This document shows, in pieces, positions 55,046-64,000 of a stretch of 64,000 nt of DNA. The notes below the pieces were generated by a model, which worked only from the letters and a program-made list of their open reading frames with translations, did no database searches and was not told the origin of the DNA. Position numbers and translations under genes: made by a program. The stretch's first letter is position 1. Every line of letters starts with the position of its first letter. Location: IMG/VR virus record IMGVR_UViG_3300031812_000001, positions 2,474 to 66,473 of that record; one strand, given 5' to 3'. The stretch is from a virus.

Positions 55046-55120
55046 CGCGGGGTAGCGCAGCGGTAGCGCGGCGGACTCATAATCCGCAGGCCGTGGGTTC
55101 GATTCCCACCCCCGCAACCA
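55046..55120 (+). tRNA. tRNA-Met (CAT), initiator-like acceptor stem
   Basis: Full cloverleaf: cgcgggg acceptor, gcgga-ctCATaa-tccgc anticodon arm, ggttcgattcc T arm, encoded CCA. Confidence 0.9.
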
Positions 55121-55127
55121 GGTTTAG

Positions 55128-55475
55128 ATGCAGAGAAGGCCGCGTCTTACAGAAAACCAGATTGCGCAGCAGATAGTGGATTATCTGCGGCTGCGCGGCT
55201 GGCGGGTGCATCGTCTGGAGGCGGACTTACGTGGTCCGAAGGCGCGGGTCAAGAGGGAGGAACCCGGGACTCCGGACTACATTGCGGTGCGGACCGCGAC
55301 GGGGGTTGCGTCTTTTGTGCGCGGTTACGATGTGGTCTACATCGAGGTCAAGCGTCCTGGCGCGAAGTTGCGTCGCTCGCAGGAGATTTGGATTTCTCGG
55401 GCGCGGGATGAAGGTTGGGACGTAGTGGTGGCGACTGGCGTTGAGGACTTGATTAACTCTGGTTATGGACTTTGA
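55128..55475 (+). CDS. VRR-NUC domain nuclease
   Basis: E..I...I..YL...GW, GTPDY and IEVKRPG..LR.SQ motifs. Confidence 0.85.
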   Translation: MQRRPRLTENQIAQQIVDYLRLRGWRVHRLEADLRGPKARVKREEPGTPDYIAVRTATGVASFVRGYDVVYIEVKRPGAKLRRSQEIWISRARDEGWDVVVATGVEDLINSGYGL

Positions 55476-55755
55476 GAGAACGACGGTACAGCCCAGATAC
55501 GTGTACGACTATCAGGGGGAGGTGAGGGCGGCGGCGGCTGAGCGCGCCGAGTTGCTGATTGGGGCGGCCAAGAGGCTGCCACGACCGCAGCGGCTGATGG
55601 TGTTATTTGAACTGGAGGATTGGCCGCCGGAGAAGATTCAGCGGTTTCTGGGGATGTCGAAGAGCGCCTATTACCGGAACCGCAGCGAGGCGCTGGAGCA
55701 GATGAGGGCGCTTTTAGCGGAGAAGGGGGTCACGGAATCATGGCAAGTTCTTTGA
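55465..55755 (+). CDS. Sigma70 region-4-like HTH regulator (candidate late activator)
   Basis: RLPRPQR..V.FELE....EKI...LGMSKS..Y..RS.AL..MR. Confidence 0.65.
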   Translation: MDFERTTVQPRYVYDYQGEVRAAAAERAELLIGAAKRLPRPQRLMVLFELEDWPPEKIQRFLGMSKSAYYRNRSEALEQMRALLAEKGVTESWQVL

Positions 55756-55773
55756 TTTCAGAGAGTTGATGAT

Positions 55774-55950
55774 ATGCCTGCAAAGACAGCGAAGCAGTAC
55801 CGGCTCATGGCGGCCATCGCGCATGGGGCGAAACCGAAGGGTGGCAGGGGGCCAAGCCGGGAGGTGGCCAAGGAATTCGTGAAGGAGACCCCGCCGGCCA
55901 AGAGGCGCGAATTCATGGCGCAGCTCAAGGGGCGGGGCAAGCGCAGGTGA
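55774..55950 (+). CDS. Small basic protein upstream of terminase
   Basis: MPAKTAKQYRLMAAIAHG...PSREVAKEFV; 58 aa, below the ORF-track cutoff. Confidence 0.65.
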   Translation: MPAKTAKQYRLMAAIAHGAKPKGGRGPSREVAKEFVKETPPAKRREFMAQLKGRGKRR

Positions 55951-55954
55951 AGCA

Positions 55955-56488
55955 ATGCCGCGCAAACGTGAGACATACGCCAAGACTGCGCTGTTAGAGG
56001 ACAGCGACGATGAAATCCGCGAACTGGAAACGCGGCAGATGGCCCGCGGGAAGTTGCGCCAGAGGGCGTTCTTGGCGGCGTTTCGTGAGACCGGCTCGGT
56101 TACGGTGGCGGCTCGCGCCGCGCGGGTTTCCAAGAATGCGCATGTCAAATGGATGAAAGATCCGGAGTACGCCGCCGAGTTCGAGAAGGCGCGTGCCGAG
56201 GCCGCACAAAGCCTCGAAGACGAAGCCGTCCGCCGGGCGCGAGAAGGCTGGAAGGAACCGGTTTTTTATCGGGGGAAGATTTGCGGTTATACGCATCGGT
56301 ACTCGGACCCCTTGCTTATGTTCTTGCTGAGGGGCTGGCAGCCGGCGCGCTACAGGGATCGGACCGAGATCAGCGGACCCGAGGGCGGCCCGATTCGGAT
56401 CGACCAGAAGGTGGTGGCGCTGGCTAAGGTATTGACGGTAGATGAGCTCAACGAACTCCGTTCTCGACTTGAGGCTGTCGATAGCTGA
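55955..56488 (+). CDS. terS: Terminase small subunit
   Basis: FL.AF..TGSVT.AA..A.V, LEDEA.RRA.EG, YSD.LL.FLL and EISG..GGPI motifs; directly upstream of terL. Confidence 0.8.
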   Translation: MPRKRETYAKTALLEDSDDEIRELETRQMARGKLRQRAFLAAFRETGSVTVAARAARVSKNAHVKWMKDPEYAAEFEKARAEAAQSLEDEAVRRAREGWKEPVFYRGKICGYTHRYSDPLLMFLLRGWQPARYRDRTEISGPEGGPIRIDQKVVALAKVLTVDELNELRSRLEAVDS

Positions 56489-57968
56489 TATCGACGCGGC
56501 GATTCAGTGGAGACGCCAGCACAGGATACTCGATTACTACCCGGACAGGGGCTCGCTGGCGAGGGAGAAGTACGTGAAGCACATGGCGTACTTCGCCGCT
56601 GGCGGAAAACATGAACCCGTCGAGGGCGCCTGCCCCGAAGGATGCTCCGGGGAACCGCACCGGGAGAGGCTGTTTCTGGCGGCCAACCGCGTTGGCAAGA
56701 CCGAGGGAGTCGGCGCCTATGAACTGACCCTTCACCTGACCGGGGATTATCCGAAGTGGTGGCCCGGCAGACGCTTCGACCGCCCCATCACCGCTTGGGC
56801 CGCCGGCCAGACAAACAGCACCACCAGGGACATTCTCCAGTCCAAGCTGCTTGGACGGATGGTCCGGCAGCCCGGCGATTCGCCCAATGAGGCGATTGGC
56901 CTTGGGACCGGAATGATCCCCGCCGACACCATCATCACCATGCGGCCCAAGGCTGGAATCCCCAACGCCATTGAGACCGTCTGGGTGCGCCACGTCTCCG
57001 GCGGAGCCTCAACGCTCGTGTTCAAGAGCTACGAGCAGGGCGTCGAGGCTTTCATGGGAACCGAGATTGATTGCGTCTGGTTTGACGAAGAACCACCAGA
57101 GGACGTGTATTTCGAGGGACTCGTCCGAACCATGCAGACGTCCCGCTTCGGCGGCGGCCTGGTTATGGTCACCTTTACCCCCCTGATGGGATGGACCAAC
57201 GTCGTCCGCCGCTACCTGGATGACGCCGAACGCAAGGCCGGACACAGGTTTGTCGTGCAAGCCGGATGGGACGACGCTCCACACCTGTCCGAAAGCGAAA
57301 AGGCTGACATGGCCTCCAAGCTCCCGCCGCACCAGCGGGACGCCAGAAGCAAAGGCATTCCGAGTCTGGGGTCGGGCGCCATTTATCCGGTGGAAGAGTC
57401 CAATCTGATCGTCGAACCGTTCGATATCCCAGAGACGTGGCCGCGCGGCTTTGCGATGGATGTCGGCTGGAACCGCACAGCCGCAGTCTGGGGCGCCCTG
57501 GACCGCGACAACGACACCCTGTACATCTACAGCGAGTACTTGCGCGGCGACGCCGAACCATCCGTCCATGCCGCCGCAATCCGCGCCAGAGGGGAATGGA
57601 TACCCGGCGTCATCGACCCCGCCGCCCGTGGCCGCAGCCAGGTGGACGGTCGCAGCCTCATGGAAATGTACCAGCAACTTGGCTTGAAGCTCGAACCCGC
57701 CGAGAATGCGGTCGAGGCCGGCATCTACGAGGTCTGGATGCGCATGTGCTCCGGGCGCCTGAAGGTCTTCAAGAACCTCAATCATTGGCTTGAGGAACTC
57801 CGCCAGTATCACAGGGACGACAAGGGGCGCATCGTCAAACAAAACGACCACCTGATGGATTGCACAAGGTATTTGTGCATGTCGCTGGACCGCATGAGCG
57901 CCAAGCCGCAGGCCAAGACTCCGGTTATGGTCATGGCCTATCCCCACGAAGCCTCTTGGATGAACTGA
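56442..57968 (+). CDS. terL: Terminase large subunit (P22-like)
   Basis: Walker A AANRVGKT, Walker B VWFDEEPP, TFTPL.G, MDVGW and DHLMDCTRY. Confidence 0.95.
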   Translation: MSSTNSVLDLRLSIADIDAAIQWRRQHRILDYYPDRGSLAREKYVKHMAYFAAGGKHEPVEGACPEGCSGEPHRERLFLAANRVGKTEGVGAYELTLHLTGDYPKWWPGRRFDRPITAWAAGQTNSTTRDILQSKLLGRMVRQPGDSPNEAIGLGTGMIPADTIITMRPKAGIPNAIETVWVRHVSGGASTLVFKSYEQGVEAFMGTEIDCVWFDEEPPEDVYFEGLVRTMQTSRFGGGLVMVTFTPLMGWTNVVRRYLDDAERKAGHRFVVQAGWDDAPHLSESEKADMASKLPPHQRDARSKGIPSLGSGAIYPVEESNLIVEPFDIPETWPRGFAMDVGWNRTAAVWGALDRDNDTLYIYSEYLRGDAEPSVHAAAIRARGEWIPGVIDPAARGRSQVDGRSLMEMYQQLGLKLEPAENAVEAGIYEVWMRMCSGRLKVFKNLNHWLEELRQYHRDDKGRIVKQNDHLMDCTRYLCMSLDRMSAKPQAKTPVMVMAYPHEASWMN

Positions 57969-57986
57969 CCGAAAGGAGAAAAAGTT

Positions 57987-58262
57987 ATGCCCCAAATCGT
58001 AATCGCTAAAGCATCCGCCCCGCTGGACAGTGGCCGGATTGAGGCCATCCACATCGACGCAGCCGCAAACGGCTACGTCTTGCGCGTTTATCGTGCAGGC
58101 TCCGGCCCGGGGAACAACGAGGTCTTCCAGGGCAAAGAAGAATTGCTCAGCCGCTTGTCGGAGATCCTGGACGGGACTAAGCAGGGCAAGGCAAAGGCTG
58201 CCCCTCCCCAGGAGGAAGAGCCCGAGGAACTCGAAGAAGAGGAACTCGAAGAAGAGGAATAG
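57987..58262 (+). CDS. Small acidic-tailed protein
   Basis: AAGGAG RBS; I..AANGY motif; poly-Glu tail. Confidence 0.65.
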   Translation: MPQIVIAKASAPLDSGRIEAIHIDAAANGYVLRVYRAGSGPGNNEVFQGKEELLSRLSEILDGTKQGKAKAAPPQEEEPEELEEEELEEEE

Positions 58263-58265
58263 CCC

Positions 58266-60362
58266 ATGAGCGTCTTCCAGCAGGGCGCCGAGGACCTGGT
58301 CATCGTCAGGACATCGCCAGAGAACCCTGAGCCTGACTCGCGGGCCTCCGATGAAAGCCTCATCCGCACCGCCTTGGACCGTTGGCGTCTCGCAGATGAG
58401 GCCGAACGGGAGATCCGGCTCAAGGCGATGGAGGATCTGCGCTTCTTTGCCGGAGACCAGTGGCCAGCCGAGATCCGCGAACAGCGGGCCATCGCCGGGC
58501 GCCCTTGCCTGGAATTGAATCGCCTGCCAGAGCTGGTTTCCGTCATCGTCAACCAGCAGCGGCAGGCCAAACCCCAGATCCAAATCAACCCTCGCGGCGG
58601 CGGAGCAACCCTTGAAATGGCACAGATCATGCAGGGCTTGGTCCGCCACATCGAGGTCAGCTCCGACGCCGAGAGAGCCTACGACTGGGCCTTCCAGTAT
58701 GCCGTCATCTCAGGCTTCCCCGGCTACATCAGGGTGATCACCGAATACGTGGACGCCGACACCTTCGACCAGCAAATCCGCATCAAGCGCGTCCTGAACC
58801 CGTTCTCAATCTACATGGACCCCGGCGCCCAAGAGATGGACGCCTCCGATGCTAAGTGGTGCCTCGTCGTAGAGGACATCAGTCACGACGAGTTCAAACG
58901 GCGATACCCGAACTCCGAATTGGCGGGCCTCCGCTCCATGTCCAGCCTGGGAGACAGAGAACCAAACTGGTTCACCCGGGAGTCCATCCGCATCGCCGAG
59001 TACTGGCACATCGAGACCGTCGAGCGCACCCTCGTCGCCCTGTCCGACGGCTCCGCCGTCTTCGAGGAAGACCTCACCCCGGATGCATCCATCGCCGTCG
59101 GACCCGATGGACCTATCCGCCGCACCGTTCAGGTTCCCCAGGTCTACTGCGACATCATCAGCGCCGCCGAGGTCTTGGAGCGGCACCTCTGGCCCGGACG
59201 CTACATTCCAATCGTTCCGGTCATCGGCGAAGAACTCTACCTGGATGGCAAACGCATCCTGTCCGGCATGGTCCGCTTCGCCAAGGACGCCCAGCGGCAG
59301 TACAACTACTTCCGCTCCGCCTTGGCCGAAGCAATTGCCTTGGCTCCCAAGGCGCCGTTCGTCGCCGAATGGAGCCAGATCGAAGGCTTTGAGGAAATCT
59401 GGAAATCCGCCAACCGCAACAACGTGGCCGTACTTCCATACCGGGCCGTAACCTCCGGCGGACAGTTGGTCCCCCCACCCCAGCGGCAATTCGGGGAGGC
59501 CGCCATTGGGCAAATCGCCGCCGCCATCCAGTTGTCTGACCAAGACTTGAAGGCCACCACCCGCATCCGGGAACCGCTCATCGGCCTCAGCTCCGGCGAA
59601 CAGTCCGGAAGAGCAATCCGCCTGCGTCAAGCCCAAGGAAGTCTGGCGAACTTCGCCTACATGGACAACTTGGCCCGCTCGATCCAGCACGTGGGCAGGA
59701 TTATCGTTGACCTGGCCCCGAAAATCTACGACCGCCCAGGCCGTCTCATCCGCATCATAAGGCCGGATTCAACCAGCGTGGTCATACCGCTTAAGCAGCA
59801 GGTCCAAGAGCGCGAAGGCGTCATCAAGTTTTATGACCTCTCTTCCGGCACCTACGACGTGACGATCAGCGTCGGCCCCGGCTACGAGACCAGACGGCAG
59901 GAGTTCGTCGAGAGCGTGATGCAGTTGATTCAAACCGCTCCGCAGGTCGCCCAGTACATCCTGCACTTGGTCGTTCGCAACATGGATTGGCCCGGCGCAG
60001 AACAGATCGCAGAGCAACTCGAAAGGTTGCTGCCTGCCCACCTGAGAAGCCAAAAGCCGGATGAGGATGGTTCTGGCGGCGCAGAGTTGCCGCCCGAGTG
60101 GAAGGAAAAGTTCGCTCAGCTCATGCAGCAACACCAGGCCCTCACCGAACAGCTCAATGCGGCCAAGGAAATCATCAGCAACCGCCGCATGGAGATCGAA
60201 AGCCGGGAGCGGATCGCGGCGCTGCAAGAGCAAACCAAGCTCATGATCGCCGAGCTTAAGGCGCAAAGTTCGGAGTCTATCGAACGGCTCCGCCAACAGG
60301 TCGCTTCCATCGACCAGAAGCTCAACGCTTTTGAAAAGTATGGCCTAGCGGCCGGCCAGTAG
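58266..60362 (+). CDS. Portal protein (P22 gp1-like)
   Basis: DLRF..GDQW, RPCL..N, WPG.YIP.VP, KDAQR.YNY, SG.AI..RQ.QG and GPGY.TRRQE motifs. Confidence 0.95.
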   Translation: MSVFQQGAEDLVIVRTSPENPEPDSRASDESLIRTALDRWRLADEAEREIRLKAMEDLRFFAGDQWPAEIREQRAIAGRPCLELNRLPELVSVIVNQQRQAKPQIQINPRGGGATLEMAQIMQGLVRHIEVSSDAERAYDWAFQYAVISGFPGYIRVITEYVDADTFDQQIRIKRVLNPFSIYMDPGAQEMDASDAKWCLVVEDISHDEFKRRYPNSELAGLRSMSSLGDREPNWFTRESIRIAEYWHIETVERTLVALSDGSAVFEEDLTPDASIAVGPDGPIRRTVQVPQVYCDIISAAEVLERHLWPGRYIPIVPVIGEELYLDGKRILSGMVRFAKDAQRQYNYFRSALAEAIALAPKAPFVAEWSQIEGFEEIWKSANRNNVAVLPYRAVTSGGQLVPPPQRQFGEAAIGQIAAAIQLSDQDLKATTRIREPLIGLSSGEQSGRAIRLRQAQGSLANFAYMDNLARSIQHVGRIIVDLAPKIYDRPGRLIRIIRPDSTSVVIPLKQQVQEREGVIKFYDLSSGTYDVTISVGPGYETRRQEFVESVMQLIQTAPQVAQYILHLVVRNMDWPGAEQIAEQLERLLPAHLRSQKPDEDGSGGAELPPEWKEKFAQLMQQHQALTEQLNAAKEIISNRRMEIESRERIAALQEQTKLMIAELKAQSSESIERLRQQVASIDQKLNAFEKYGLAAGQ

Positions 60363-60393
60363 AGTAGACCGCGCAAACCCCAAGGGAGAATAC

Positions 60394-61473
60394 ATGTCGG
60401 TAACCGTAAGCAGCACAACGGACAGTCCAGAGCAGATCCAAGACGCTCTGGCCCACTACGGAGAAAAAACCTCCGAGGTGGAAATCATTCAAACCAAAGC
60501 GACGCCCGAGCCGCAACCGGGCGCCGAACCGTCCGCGCCTGCCGAACCGGAACCTCCAGAGGCGGGCATAACCGCCGGCGAGCCGGACACGCCGGAAGAC
60601 CACGACCAGGGCGTTCAGCGCAAGCCCAGAAAGCCCAAGAAGGGCATCGAACAGAGATTCAGCGAGCTAACCAAGGCGCGGCGCGAAGCAGAGCGCCAAA
60701 GAGACGAACTGAAGGCGTACCTTGAGGAACTGCGCAACGAACTCCGCGAGCTGAAGCAAGGGAGCAAGCCTGCCGAAGCAACCCAGCCCAGCCAGCCGCC
60801 GCCGGAAACCAAGGCGGCGCAACCTGTCGCCGAACAGGACAAAGAGCCCCAGCTTGAGGACTTTGACACCTATGAAGAATGGGTCAAAGAGCATCAGGCA
60901 TGGCTGGTCCGCAAGGAGACGGCGCCGCTCCGCTCCCAAGTCGAGATTCTCCAGAAGGAACTCGAACGGGAACGGAGCAAACAACAGCAAGCGGAGCTGG
61001 AAGAAAAGCGACGGGCCGAGATTGAGGCCTGGGAAAAGCGAATCGCGCAAGCCAAGGCCAAGTACCCCGACTTCGATGAGGCTATTGAAGCCGCAGACAA
61101 GTCCGGCGTGACCGTCACCGGCGCGTTCCAGCAGGAAATCCACAACTCGGAATACGGACCCGAGATCGCCTATTGGTTGGCCAAGCACCCAGATGAAGCG
61201 GCTCGAATCGCGGAACAGACAGCCGTTCCCGAAAACCCCACGCCGCAACAGATCATGGCCGCCCAGAGAGCGGCGGCCAGAGAAGTGGGGAGAATCGAAG
61301 CCCTTCTCGCCTCTGGCTTGACGAGAACCCCCGGTAAACCGTCAACCCGGCTGAGCAGCGCACCGCCGCCAATCCGCCCCGTAAGCACAAAAACCGCCGG
61401 CGGAGTCGTCGATCCCGAATCCATGACTCCAGCCGAATACATGCGGTGGCGAGATCAGCAGCGTGGCGGCTGA
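60394..61473 (+). CDS. Scaffolding protein
   Basis: RF.ELT, P..EDF..YE, YPDFDE, GPEIAY.L.KHP and S.APPPI.P motifs; between portal and coat. Confidence 0.85.
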   Translation: MSVTVSSTTDSPEQIQDALAHYGEKTSEVEIIQTKATPEPQPGAEPSAPAEPEPPEAGITAGEPDTPEDHDQGVQRKPRKPKKGIEQRFSELTKARREAERQRDELKAYLEELRNELRELKQGSKPAEATQPSQPPPETKAAQPVAEQDKEPQLEDFDTYEEWVKEHQAWLVRKETAPLRSQVEILQKELERERSKQQQAELEEKRRAEIEAWEKRIAQAKAKYPDFDEAIEAADKSGVTVTGAFQQEIHNSEYGPEIAYWLAKHPDEAARIAEQTAVPENPTPQQIMAAQRAAAREVGRIEALLASGLTRTPGKPSTRLSSAPPPIRPVSTKTAGGVVDPESMTPAEYMRWRDQQRGG

Positions 61474-61516
61474 CGGCCACAACCGCCGCTCTATGCGGCA
61501 GAAGGAGTTTTGACGC

Positions 61517-62743
61517 ATGGCGAACACCCTTCTCACCATCTCGATGATTACCCGCGAGGCGCTGTATGTCTTGCGGAACCAGTTGTCTTTTGCCCGCCGG
61601 GTCCGGCGCGACTATGACGACAGCTTCGGAATCGAGGGCGCCAAAATCGGCGACACCCTGAATGTCCGCAAGCCCCCCCGTTACCTGGGCCGCACCGGTC
61701 CCAACCTCTCCATCGAGGACGCGACCGAAACCAGCGTGCCCGTCGTTCTCAACCAGCAGGTCGGAGTGGACATCAGCTTCACCTCCAAGGACCTGGCGTT
61801 GAGCATCGACGATTTCAGCGAGCGCTTCATTCAGCCCGCTGTGGCCGCTATCGCCAACAAGATCGACGCCGACGGCCTGCAACTCTACAAGCAGGTGGCC
61901 GACTACGTTGGCACTCCCGGCGCCGTCCCTAACTCGCTCATGACCTATCTTCAGGCAGGAGTAAAGTTGGACGACAACGCTGCTCCGATGGACGGCAATC
62001 GCTACATCACCATCAACCCCTTGATGCAGGCCACCATCGTCGATGCCCTCAAGGGCTTGTTCCAGAGCTCCGAGGAAATCCGCAAGCAGTACCTCAAGGG
62101 GCGCATGGGAACCGCTGCGGGCTTCGAGTGGGCAATGGACCAAAACTGCCCCTCCCATACCGTCGGAAACGTCGGCGGCACGCCGCAGGTCAACGGCGCC
62201 AACCAAACCGGGAATACCCTGATCACGAATGGATGGACCTCTGGCTCTACCCTCAAGGCCGGCGACATCATTACGATCGCCGGCGTCAACAAGGTCAATC
62301 CGCAGAACCGGCAGGATGTCGGCTACCAACAGCAGTTTGTGGTCACCGCAGACGCGACCGCAGACGCCAGCGGAAACATGACCATCAACATTTACCCGGC
62401 AATCACCCCGAGCGGCGCATTCAAGACCGTCACGGCGTCCCCGGCGCACAATGCCGCCATCCAAGTCTTCGGCAAGCCCAGTACAAACTTCAGCGATGTG
62501 GCCGGCAAGACCTTCCGTGAAGGCTTGGCTTTCCATCGGGACGCCTTCACTCTGGCCTGCGCTGACCTGCCCCTGCCGCAAGGCGTTGACATGGCGGCTC
62601 GCGTGAGCGACAAGGAACTGGGCCTGTCTATCCGCATGGTCCGGGCCTACGACATCAGCACCGACAAGTTCCCCTGCCGCTTGGACGTGCTGTACGGCTG
62701 GGCCGCCCTACGGCCCGAACTGGCTTGCCGCATCGGAAGCTAG
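61517..62743 (+). CDS. Major capsid protein (P22 coat-like)
   Basis: MANTLLT...ITRE, GAKIGDTL..RKP, MDQN, FHRDAF and RLDVLYG...RPE.ACRI motifs. Confidence 0.95.
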   Translation: MANTLLTISMITREALYVLRNQLSFARRVRRDYDDSFGIEGAKIGDTLNVRKPPRYLGRTGPNLSIEDATETSVPVVLNQQVGVDISFTSKDLALSIDDFSERFIQPAVAAIANKIDADGLQLYKQVADYVGTPGAVPNSLMTYLQAGVKLDDNAAPMDGNRYITINPLMQATIVDALKGLFQSSEEIRKQYLKGRMGTAAGFEWAMDQNCPSHTVGNVGGTPQVNGANQTGNTLITNGWTSGSTLKAGDIITIAGVNKVNPQNRQDVGYQQQFVVTADATADASGNMTINIYPAITPSGAFKTVTASPAHNAAIQVFGKPSTNFSDVAGKTFREGLAFHRDAFTLACADLPLPQGVDMAARVSDKELGLSIRMVRAYDISTDKFPCRLDVLYGWAALRPELACRIGS

Positions 62744-62772
62744 CTCCGCTCCCTCGCTTGAACCATAACCTT

Positions 62773-62806
62773 TCCGCCGGGCGGGGCGTACCCCCGCTCG
62801 GCGGAC
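62773..62806 (+). terminator. Strong hairpin after the coat gene
   Basis: tccgccgggcgggg-cgta-ccccgctcggcgga; no clear U-tract. Confidence 0.45.
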
Positions 62807-62952
62807 CGAACACCATGAAAGAGCACCTCTGGACCCTCGGCGGTTACGTATTCAAGAAATACCCAGTTTTCGGATTTGTGTGGGTCGTTCCTGTGTTTCC
62901 GGCAGGGCACACGCCCCTGATCGTATTTACCTCAATGAATTGAGAAACGAAC

Positions 62953-63216
62953 ATGCAATACCCCAAGTGGAAGTATCACCGAACAAAAGAACCGGTCATT
63001 GTCCATGACCCAGAGCAAGAAGCGGCCCTCGGCCCTGGATGGTACGAGAGCCCGGCTGACGCCGAACGTGAGGCCGAACGTGAGACTGAACGTGAGGCTG
63101 AACCTGTGTCTAAGATCGAACCCGTCCCTGGGCCTACGGTCCAGACTCCCGTTGTCGCCCAGGTGGACTCCGCGGGCGAGCAACAGTCCCGCAGGCGGAG
63201 GGCGCGGCTGCAATGA
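62953..63216 (+). CDS. Small head-associated hypothetical protein
   Basis: YPKW.YH....V....E..LG.GW..SP motif, typical after P22-like coat genes. Confidence 0.65.
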   Translation: MQYPKWKYHRTKEPVIVHDPEQEAALGPGWYESPADAEREAERETEREAEPVSKIEPVPGPTVQTPVVAQVDSAGEQQSRRRRARLQ

Positions 63217-63785
63217 ACAAGGCGACCGTCTCGGCGTGGCTGAAACAGCATGAGGGCGTAGTCCCCTGGATGTATCTCGACACCGCCGGAGTCGTTACCG
63301 TCGGCGTCGGCCATGCCCTAGAAACAGAAGAGGATGCGGCATCGCTTCCGTTCAGGCTTAAAGACACCGGAGAACCAGCGCACGAGAGCGTCATCCGAGC
63401 CGATTGGCGGGCGGTCAAGGCCGCCCAGCCCGGCCTCTTGGCCGAAAAGTACTCTCGCCTTACAAATACGATCTTGAGCAAGGAGCATATTGACTGGCTC
63501 CTGGACTACGACATTGAGAAGCATTGGGTTTCGCTGTTGGCCCGGAGGCCAGAACTGTCCACCCTGCCAGAGCAGGCGCAGAACGTTCTGGCGGAAATGG
63601 CCTTCAATCTTGGCGTCGGGGGCCTTCTCCAGTACCGCAGGATGATCGCCTGCATGATGATCGGAGATTGGGAGCAGGCCGCCGAAGAAAGCTCGCGCCT
63701 CGGAGTAAGCCCAAAGCGCAACAACCAGACGGCGCAGTTGATCCGGGCGTTGAGCGTTGGACAAAGCGAAGGGGCAAACTCATGA
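63213..63785 (+). CDS. Lysozyme (GH24 / T4-like endolysin)
   Basis: HEG...MYLDT.G..TVGVGH, MAFNLG..GL and W..AA.E motifs. Confidence 0.85.
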   Translation: MNKATVSAWLKQHEGVVPWMYLDTAGVVTVGVGHALETEEDAASLPFRLKDTGEPAHESVIRADWRAVKAAQPGLLAEKYSRLTNTILSKEHIDWLLDYDIEKHWVSLLARRPELSTLPEQAQNVLAEMAFNLGVGGLLQYRRMIACMMIGDWEQAAEESSRLGVSPKRNNQTAQLIRALSVGQSEGANS

Positions 63786-64000
63786 TCCAGAGTCCCAGAA
63801 TGGTTCTGCTTCCCATGCTCTATGCGGCGATGACCGTCGTTCTGCTCCAGCTCGCCCTCCTGCTGCATGAAGCAACCAGAGCAATCAGAACCCTGCCCGA
63901 CCGGATCATCGAACTCGCCAGCTCCGAGTGCCAGGCCACAAGAGAGGCCGCGCTTCAGGCCATTGCCGCACTTCAGAAAGATGCGGTCAAAGAGATTGAT
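63782..64000 (+). CDS. Membrane-anchored coiled-coil protein (possible spanin/lysis accessory), 3' truncated
   Basis: ATGA coupling; N-terminal TM segment followed by a helical region. Confidence 0.5.
   Translation, partial: MIQSPRMVLLPMLYAAMTVVLLQLALLLHEATRAIRTLPDRIIELASSECQATREAALQAIAALQKDAVKEID

Noticed and set aside
56442-56488. Programmed terS-terL frameshift
   Set aside because: A 47-bp overlap with its own ATG and no obvious slippery heptamer; ordinary overlap is sufficient.
57009-58649. Long minus-strand ORFs (also 38822-40093, 61253-62581, 25143-26189)
   Set aside because: Antisense shadows of well-supported + strand genes in GC-rich DNA; no motifs or RBS.
62815-62943. Small ORF after the coat gene
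   Set aside because: Short, no clear RBS, directly after a strong hairpin; cannot be supported.

Overview
The window is most of the genome of a GC-rich temperate podovirus with a P22-like head and tail, apparently in the excised state because attP is intact. The two window ends look like adjacent parts of the late operon. Gene order: head-tail and fibre genes (1-9.5 kb); a small nucleotide-hydrolase insert carrying a 237-bp IS605/TnpB mini-element; ejection proteins; a 6205-aa SLT + DarB-like (N6-methylase/SNF2) protein with a nested out-of-frame gene; holin; tyrosine integrase and a tRNA-Arg(UCU) attP; a recombination/replication operon (nuclease, HD, macro, MazG, DUF5131, initiator with iterons, SSB); an array of about ten early cassettes with their own promoters, including three 26-aa-repeat paralogues and two DUF1874/AcrIII-1 homologues; an atypical tRNA-Met; then terS, terL, portal, scaffold, coat and lysozyme. 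All convincing genes are on the + strand except the AcrIII-1 cassette, and no CI-type repressor is recognisable. The best leads are the orphan TnpB omegaRNA mini-element, the repeat-protein triplet, the His/Tyr AcrIII-1 pair, a TGAC-N11-GTCA promoter regulon with a non-canonical candidate repressor, the overprinted gene and a fibre-like protein with a signal peptide. All family assignments come from motif recognition by eye; no database search was run.
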